This document shows, one piece after another, positions 26,822 to 32,000 of a stretch of 32,000 nt of DNA. Source of the stretch: Xanthomonas campestris pv. campestris str. ATCC 33913 (GTDB lineage Bacteria; Pseudomonadota; Gammaproteobacteria; Xanthomonadales; Xanthomonadaceae); the NCBI RefSeq assembly GCF_000007145.1, contig NC_003902.1, positions 3,326,497 to 3,358,496 on the forward strand, written 5' to 3'. The first letter of the stretch is position 1. Each line of letters begins with the position of its first letter. Below the pieces are notes generated by a model. The model saw only the letters and a list, made by a program, of their open reading frames with translations, ran no database searches and was not told the origin of the DNA. The position numbers were made by a program, and so were the translations under genes.

Positions 26822-27930
26822 CTCTTCCCCCCTCCTTGCGCAGCGTCGAAGTCGACGGCGCGCAGCCGTACACCATCTCCATTGCGCCGGGCCTGCTGGC
26901 CGACGGCGCGCGCCTGGCCCGCCACGTACGCGGCCGCCACGTGCTGCTGCTCAGCGACACCCAGGTGGCGCCGCACTATGCCGCCGGCGTGCGCGCTGCA
27001 CTGTTGCAGGCGCGGCCGGACCTGCAGCTTGGCGAACTGGTCATCGCCGCCGGCGAAGCCTCCAAAACCCTGGACAACTTCTCCCTGGCGATCACCGCAC
27101 TGGCCGAACTGGGCGCCACCCGCGATGCCTGCGTGTTCGCGCTCGGCGGTGGCGTGGTCGGCGATCTGGCCGGCTTTGCTGCCGCCTGCTGGATGCGCGG
27201 GGTGGATTGCGTGCAACTGCCCACCAGCCTGCTGGCGATGGTGGATTCCTCGGTCGGTGGCAAGACCGCGGTGGACATCCCGCAGGGCAAGAACCTGGTG
27301 GGGGCATTCCACCCGCCACGCGCGGTGATTGCCGATACCGACACCTTGCGCACCCTGCCCACGCGCGAGCTGCGCGCTGGCCTGGCGGAGGTAATCAAGT
27401 ACGGCGCCATCGGCGACCCGTTGTTCTTCCAGTGGCTGCATGCCGAACGCCGCGCGCTGCTGGACGGCGACCCGGCCGCGCTGGCGCAGGCGATTGCACG
27501 CAGTTGCGAGCACAAGGCCGACATCGTGGCGCGCGACCCGCTGGAAAAAGGCGAGCGCGCCCTGCTCAACCTGGGCCACACCTTCGGCCACGCCATCGAG
27601 ACAGAACAGGGCTACGGCGCGCCGGGTAACGACAACCTCAACCATGGCGAAGCGGTGGCAGTGGGCATGGTGCTGGCAGCGCGGCTCTCGGCCGCACTGG
27701 GCATGGCCGACGCCCAGGACACCGAGGCACTGCGCACCCTGCTGCATGAATTCGGCCTGCCCACCCAGATCCCGACCGGCCTGGCACCGGAAGCCCTGCT
27801 CGGCCGCATGCGGCTGGACAAGAAAAACATCGCCGGCCGCCTGCGCCTGGTGCTGTGGCGCGGGATCGGCAAGGCCGAAGTCGTCCCCGACGTGGACGAA
27901 GCTGCGGTGCTGGAGATTCTGGCCGACTGA
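26818..27930 (+). CDS. aroB: 3-dehydroquinate synthase
   Basis: The ATG at 26818 overlaps the aroK TGA as ATGA. Motifs [24 protein letters not shown] and [12 protein letters not shown] match AroB. Confidence 0.95.
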   Translation: MTLPPSLRSVEVDGAQPYTISIAPGLLADGARLARHVRGRHVLLLSDTQVAPHYAAGVRAALLQARPDLQLGELVIAAGEASKTLDNFSLAITALAELGATRDACVFALGGGVVGDLAGFAAACWMRGVDCVQLPTSLLAMVDSSVGGKTAVDIPQGKNLVGAFHPPRAVIADTDTLRTLPTRELRAGLAEVIKYGAIGDPLFFQWLHAERRALLDGDPAALAQAIARSCEHKADIVARDPLEKGERALLNLGHTFGHAIETEQGYGAPGNDNLNHGEAVAVGMVLAARLSAALGMADAQDTEALRTLLHEFGLPTQIPTGLAPEALLGRMRLDKKNIAGRLRLVLWRGIGKAEVVPDVDEAAVLEILAD

Positions 27931-28000
27931 GGTTTGTGCTCGCCGGCTGACGTTTGCGCTAGCCGACTGAGGTTTGGCGCTGGTCAGGTGAGGTCGGGCG
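27921..28000. repeat. Degenerate 20-bp tandem repeat x4 whose first unit contains the aroB stop codon
   Basis: Units are ggccgactgaggtttgtgct / cgccggctgacgtttgcgct / agccgactgaggtttggcgc / tggtcaggtgaggtcgggcg. Confidence 0.6.
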
Positions 28001-28110
28001 CGGGCCCGGTGCGGCTGGCGTGGAGCGCCCGCTGCGGTGGTCACGTGTGGCCGGCGCGGAATGCTGGGTGCCGCGTTACGCCCGCAAGCGGCCGCGTCGA
28101 CATGCCCGCC

Positions 28111-28572
28111 CTCGTAGGAGCGCGCTTGCGCGCGAGACGCCTTCCCGGTGACGCCCATCGCACGCGACGCCTTCCCGTTCCCGGTAACGCCCATCGCGCG
28201 CAAGCGCGCTCCTACGCGCAGCCATCGCCCTGATCGACCACGTTGCCCAGGCACCTAATCTGCTCGCCGACTGCAACGCAGACCACCACACATCTGCAGG
28301 CATCACCACGCAATCGCATCGCCGATACCCGGAACTCGTAGGAGCGCGCTTGCGCGCGATGGGGGCCTTCCCCGATAACGCCCTCGCGCGCAAGCCTCCT
28401 GCGGGCCACCCTCGACCTGATCGGTCATGCCACATCTCTGGCTTGGCGGTCCTCCCACAGTCCTGGTCCACACCGCCAACCAATCGCAGCGCCGATATCC
28501 CGTCTTTGTAGGAGGCTTGCGCGCGATGGGGCCTTCCCGGTAACGCCCCTCGCGCGCAAGCGCTTCCTACAG
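28111..28572. repeat. Cluster of three REP-like palindromic elements within ~170-220-bp tandemly related units
   Basis: Three arm pairs GTAGGAGCGCGCTTGCGCGCGA ... TCGCGCGCAAGCGCGCTCCTAC. Copy 1: 28114-28135 / 28194-28215. Copy 2: 28338-28359 / 28384-28402, right arm degenerate. Copy 3: 28508-28526 / 28550-28570. The loop core ggccttcccggtaacgccc is shared, and flanks are also related (caatcgca.cgccgata.cc; atcg..ctgat.g). Confidence 0.85.
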
Positions 28573-28834
28573 AGCACCATCGATCTGATGGGTCATGCCC
28601 TGCCCGGCCCGCCAGGCAACTCAACAAGACGCTGCGCGTTCACTGCACGCGCTCGCAAAGGCACTGCCATTACGCGGCGCCGTCCTCTGCCCTTGTAGCT
28701 GACAACCCGCCGCTCATCCGCCAGCCGCCCCTGCCAGCCGCCCGCCGCCCCCACACGCAAGGCCTTCGCGATCACGGCAATCGCCCCGCACCCAGCCAAC
28801 GCAGCCTTCAGCAGCGCCCGGCTACAATTGGCCC

Positions 28835-29086
28835 ATGCGCATCCTCCTGCAACACGATCCGGGCGGCAACGAGCCGCTTCGCTACGTCCAGCTGACCCTG
28901 CAACCGGATCTGTTCGGTGGCTGGGAACTGCTGCGCGAGAGCGGCCAGATTGGCGGGCGCACGCAACTGCGACGCGACCAATACCTGCTGCAGGACGAGG
29001 CGGACCGGGCCTTCGAAAAGGCCCGCGACACCCAACTCAAACGCGGCTTCCATGTCATCACCGGCGGCGCCGACGCGCCGCGCTGA
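28835..29086 (+). CDS. Small stand-alone WGR-domain protein
   Basis: 83 aa: MRILLQHDPGGNEPLRYVQLTLQPDLFGGWELLRESGQIGGRTQLRRDQYLLQDEADRAFEKARDTQLKRGF. The pattern Y..L...PDLFGGW.L.RE.GRIG matches the WGR fold signature. Confidence 0.75.
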   Translation: MRILLQHDPGGNEPLRYVQLTLQPDLFGGWELLRESGQIGGRTQLRRDQYLLQDEADRAFEKARDTQLKRGFHVITGGADAPR

Positions 29087-29098
29087 GGAATCACCTCC

Positions 29099-30163
29099 AT
29101 GCTCAAGAACGACCGTCTGTTGCGTGCCCTGCGCCGCCAGCCCGTGGACCGCACCCCCGTCTGGCTGATGCGCCAGGCAGGCCGCTATTTGCCGGAATAC
29201 CGCGCCACCCGCGCGCGCGCCGGCAGTTTCCTGGGCATGGCCAAGAACCCGGACATCGCCTGCGAAGTCACCCTGCAACCGCTGGAACGCTTTCCGCTGG
29301 ATGCGGCGATCCTGTTCTCCGACATCCTGACCATCCCCGATGCGATGGGGCTGGAGCTGTATTTCGTCGAAGGCGAAGGCCCCAAGTTCCGCCACCCGGT
29401 GCGCGACGCCGACGCCATCCATCGCCTCGGCGTGCCGGACATGGAAACCGAGCTGCGCTACGTGATGGACGCGGTGCGCTTGATCCGCCGCGAGCTGGAT
29501 GGCGCGGTACCGCTGATCGGCTTCTCCGGCAGCCCGTGGACGCTGGCCTGCTACATGATCGAAGGCGGCGGCAGCAAGGAATATGCGCGCATCAAGGCCA
29601 TGGCCTTCAACGCGCCGCAGCTGCTGCACCACCTGCTCAGCACCGTCACCGATGCGGTGATCGCCTACCTGTCCGCACAGCGCGCGGCCGGTGCGCAGGC
29701 GCTGCAGGTGTTCGATACCTGGGGCGGCGTGTTGTCGCCGGCGATGTACCGCGAATTCTCGTTGCCCTACCTCACCCGCATCGCCCAGGAACTGGAGCGC
29801 GGCAGCGGCGAAGAGCGCACCCCGCTGGTGCTGTTCGGCAAGGGCAATGGCGCCTATGTGTCCGAGCTGGCCGCCAGCGGTGCCGAAGCGGTGGGCGTGG
29901 ACTGGACGATCTCGCTGGCCGACGCCGCTGAACGCGCCGGCGGCCGTGTCGCCCTGCAAGGCAACCTGGACCCGGCCACGCTGTACGGCTCGCCCGACGC
30001 AATCCGCAGCGAAGTCGGCAAGACCCTGGACAGCTACGCGTACGGCAACGGCGGCTCGCGCGAAGGCCACGTCTTCAACCTCGGCCACGGCATGTCGCCG
30101 GACATGAATCCGGATCACGTTGGCGTGCTGGTGGAAGCGGTGCAGACGCTGAGCAAGCGGTGA
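29099..30163 (+). CDS. hemE: Uroporphyrinogen decarboxylase
   Basis: 354 aa: [38 protein letters not shown]...[14 protein letters not shown]...VFNLGHG. These are canonical HemE motifs. Confidence 0.95.
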   Translation: MLKNDRLLRALRRQPVDRTPVWLMRQAGRYLPEYRATRARAGSFLGMAKNPDIACEVTLQPLERFPLDAAILFSDILTIPDAMGLELYFVEGEGPKFRHPVRDADAIHRLGVPDMETELRYVMDAVRLIRRELDGAVPLIGFSGSPWTLACYMIEGGGSKEYARIKAMAFNAPQLLHHLLSTVTDAVIAYLSAQRAAGAQALQVFDTWGGVLSPAMYREFSLPYLTRIAQELERGSGEERTPLVLFGKGNGAYVSELAASGAEAVGVDWTISLADAAERAGGRVALQGNLDPATLYGSPDAIRSEVGKTLDSYAYGNGGSREGHVFNLGHGMSPDMNPDHVGVLVEAVQTLSKR

Positions 30164-30172
30164 AGTAGCAAG

Positions 30173-30198
30173 CGATCGACAGCCACTGCTGTCGATCG
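30173..30198 (+). terminator. 11-bp-stem hairpin 10 nt after the hemE stop
   Basis: CGATCGACAGC-CACT-GCTGTCGATCG. No U-tract follows, so intrinsic-terminator status is uncertain. Confidence 0.4.
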
Positions 30199-30597
30199 TG
30201 CACGATGTCGGTCTGGCTCATGGTGACGACCGATGTCGTGCGATGGGATGCTGTCCGCGCGATGCGACAGCGACTGACAAGGCACGCGCTAACCCATCGA
30301 CCTCGTGGACGTGGTGCTCAAGCAAGCCTTCTGACATGCGCCAAGCTGGCGGCGAACGTGCCGCCCTGCGTTTGCCATCCCAGCCGCAATCCAGCGCCAG
30401 CCGCACGCGTGTGCTACCAGGGCCGCCAGGCGTGCCAACTGGTTGGTATCGGGCCCCGACAATGCCACTGCGGGTACCGGGGTCAAGCCTTGATCGAAAC
30501 GGGTGATCCCAGTGTGCGGTCGCGCCTGCAGAAAGGCGTGCGCGGCTTGCAACAGATCCATCGTGGACACGGCTGGGCGCAAAGAGCACCGGCGTAA

Positions 30598-31090
30598 ACG
30601 CCGAACGCTTGGCCTCGGTGCAGCGTTCAACAGCACAACCAAGCCATCAATCGATGCAGCCCCGCACGACCGTTGGGAACACCAAGACACTGGCAAACGC
30701 CGAACGTCGGCGCGGCACCACGCGATCGACAGCACCACCCACTCATCGATTGCTCACGCTCCGCATAACCATTGAGCACGCAAGCTTGAGGCGCAGACGC
30801 CGAACACCTGGACTGCCCGCCGCGATGGACGGCACAACCAAGACGCCGATCAATGAAGCCCTGCGCAACCGTTGAGCGCATAAGGCAACGACGCAGACGC
30901 CAAAAAGTTTGCTACCGCACGGCACTGCGCGATCGGCGGCAAATCAAGTCGACGATCAATGCAGCCTTGCGCAACCGCTGGGCCCACCAGACAGGGAGAT
31001 AGACACCGAACACCGGCCCCGGTGCGGCGCAGTCGAGAGCACAACCAACCCATCGCTCGATAAAGCCCCGCAAATGCGCACACCCTTCTG
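30598..31090. repeat. Degenerate ~100-bp tandem array of five units in the hemE/mdtD intergenic region
   Basis: Anchors ACGCCGAAC at 30598, 30697 and 30797, ACGCCAAAA at 30897, and ACACCGAAC at 31003. Periods are 99, 100, 100 and 106 bp. Each unit carries a core like GCGATCGACAGCACAACCAAGCCATCAATCGATGCAGCCCYGCGCAACCGTTGRG. Confidence 0.75.
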
Positions 31091-31143
31091 AGTTCCTGCA
31101 CAGCGCGGCGGAGATAATGCCCCGTCCTCTCGACGGAGCCCCC

Positions 31144-32000
31144 ATGTCTCAGCCCGTTCCCGTCATGCGCGCCTATGCCACCATCAAGCCGCTGTTGTGG
31201 CTGGTGTCGCTGGCCATCTTCATGCAGATGCTGGATGCGACCATCGTCAATACGGCGCTGCCGTCGATGGCGCGCAGCTTGCGCGAGAGCCCGCTGCAGA
31301 TGCAGTCGGTGGTCTTCAGCTATGCGTTGGCGGTGGCGATGTTCATCCCGGCCTCGGGATGGATCGCCGACCGTTTCGGCACGCGCCGGACCTTCCTCGC
31401 CGCGATCATCGTGTTCACGCTGGGCTCGTTGCTGTGCGCCGCCGCGCAGCAGTTGCCGCAGCTGGTGGCCGCACGCGTGGTGCAAGGCATTGGCGGTGCG
31501 ATGTTGCTGCCGGTCGGCCGGCTGGCGGTGCTCAAGACCGTGGCGCGCGCCGACTTCCTGCGGGCGATGAGCTTCATCGCGATCCCGGCGCTGATCGGGC
31601 CGCTGATCGGGCCGACGCTGGGCGGCTGGCTGGTGGAGATCGCCTCCTGGCATTGGGTGTTTCTGATCAATCTGCCGATCGGCGTGATCGGATTCATCGC
31701 CGCACTGAAGATCATGCCGGACCATTACGGCGACGCACGCAAGCGCTTCGATCTGGTCGGCTATCTGATGCTGGCGTTCGGCATGGTGGCGCTCTCGCTG
31801 GCGTTGGACGGCATTGCCGAGCTCGGCCTGCGGCATGCGTTCGTGATGTTGCTGGCGATCGGCGGGCTGGCCGCACTGGCCGGCTATTGGCTGCATGCGG
31901 CCAGTGCACCGGCGGCGCTGTTCCCCTTGGCGTTGTTCAAGGTGGCCAGTTACCGCATCGGCATTCTGGGCAATCTGTTCGCGCGCGTGGGCAGCGGCTC
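31144..32000 (+). CDS. mdtD: MFS (DHA2-family) transporter, MdtD-like; 3' end outside the window
   Basis: ATG at 31144, with GGAG 5 nt upstream. The frame stays open to the window end, so it is absent from the ORF track. My translation MSQPVPVMRAYATIKPLLWLVSLAIFMQMLDATIVNTALPSMARSLRESPLQMQSVVFSYALAVAMFIPASGWIADRFGTRR...VQGIGGAMLLPVGRLAVLK... is collinear with E. coli MdtD as I remember it. Confidence 0.85.
   Translation, partial: MSQPVPVMRAYATIKPLLWLVSLAIFMQMLDATIVNTALPSMARSLRESPLQMQSVVFSYALAVAMFIPASGWIADRFGTRRTFLAAIIVFTLGSLLCAAAQQLPQLVAARVVQGIGGAMLLPVGRLAVLKTVARADFLRAMSFIAIPALIGPLIGPTLGGWLVEIASWHWVFLINLPIGVIGFIAALKIMPDHYGDARKRFDLVGYLMLAFGMVALSLALDGIAELGLRHAFVMLLAIGGLAALAGYWLHAASAPAALFPLALFKVASYRIGILGNLFARVGSG

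Noticed and set aside
26740-28254. 504-aa minus-strand ORF
   Set aside because: It is antisense to aroB and runs on through the REP cluster. The same reasoning applies to 28808..30118 (antisense to hemE), 7959..9464, 9514..10746, 3441..4595 and 253..1047.
28111-28572. Possible CRISPR array, suggested by regularly spaced GC-rich repeats
   Set aside because: - The repeats are inverted pairs, not direct repeats.
- There are only three units.
- The inter-repeat sequences are homologous to one another rather than unique spacers.
- No cas genes are nearby.
28823-28828. TACAAT hexamer 6 nt upstream of the WGR ATG, which would imply a leaderless-mRNA promoter
   Set aside because: No acceptable -35 element lies 17 bp upstream (the sequence there is CGCAGC). 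A single hexamer match is expected by chance, so I did not report it as a feature.
30289-30561. An 89-aa minus-strand ORF (MDLLQAAHAFLQARPHTGITRFDQGLTPVPAVALSGPDTNQLARLAALVAHACGWRWIAAG...), faintly reminiscent of a LysR-type substrate-domain fragment
   Set aside because: GC3 is only moderate, about 72% by hand count. An equally long ORF overlaps it in another frame (30218..30589), there is no RBS, and the similarity is only impressionistic. At best it is a gene remnant.
30598-31090. Coding repeat protein (for example TALE-like ~34-aa repeats) or CRISPR
   Set aside because: - The period of 99-106 bp does not preserve the frame between units.
- Stops occur in all six frames.
- There is no resemblance to TALE repeat sequence.
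- The units are contiguous, with no spacer structure.

Overview
High-GC (~65%) chromosomal segment. Gene content, codon bias and REP-type palindromes look like a Xanthomonas-like gammaproteobacterium; the taxon is inferred, and no database search was possible. About 28 protein-coding loci are supportable. I saw no rRNA, tRNA, CRISPR, transposase or integrase.

Gene order, left to right:
- LuxR-family solo regulator, then an APC permease.
- Secreted S1 serine protease, frameshifted in a G7 run.
- Orphan CheB-type methylesterase, a small hypothetical gene, and a KGG stress protein.
- Secreted hypothetical protein, followed by a decayed-looking three-frame ORF relay.
- Minus-strand locus: TonB-dependent receptor, SapC, JmjC-type cupin, flavin-dependent tryptophan-halogenase-like enzyme.
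- Secreted M1 metallopeptidase interrupted by an in-frame TAG.
- soxR with a perfect SoxR box, facing a divergent MFS gene that is frameshifted in a C4 run.
- Seven-gene minus-strand operon: YjfI-like, PspA(YjfJ)-like, K+ channel, YjfK-like, YjfL-like, YjfM-like, YjfC-like ATP-grasp.
- Housekeeping genes pdxH, aroK-aroB, a small WGR protein, and hemE.
- MdtD-like MFS transporter, cut by the window end.

Non-coding highlights:
- A triple REP-like palindrome cluster at 28.1-28.6 kb.
- A degenerate ~100-bp x5 tandem array at 30.6-31.1 kb.
- A 20-bp tandem repeat overlapping the aroB stop codon.
- An in-frame 12-bp repeat in the luxR gene.
- A 30-nt alternating purine/pyrimidine tract.

Most interesting candidates for further work are the PspA/K+-channel/ATP-grasp operon and the TBDR-SapC-cupin-halogenase locus. 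Both have no function I know of, though all their catalytic motifs look intact. Three, possibly four, genes are disrupted. Three of the four lesion types sit in homopolymer runs, so sequencing error must be excluded first.
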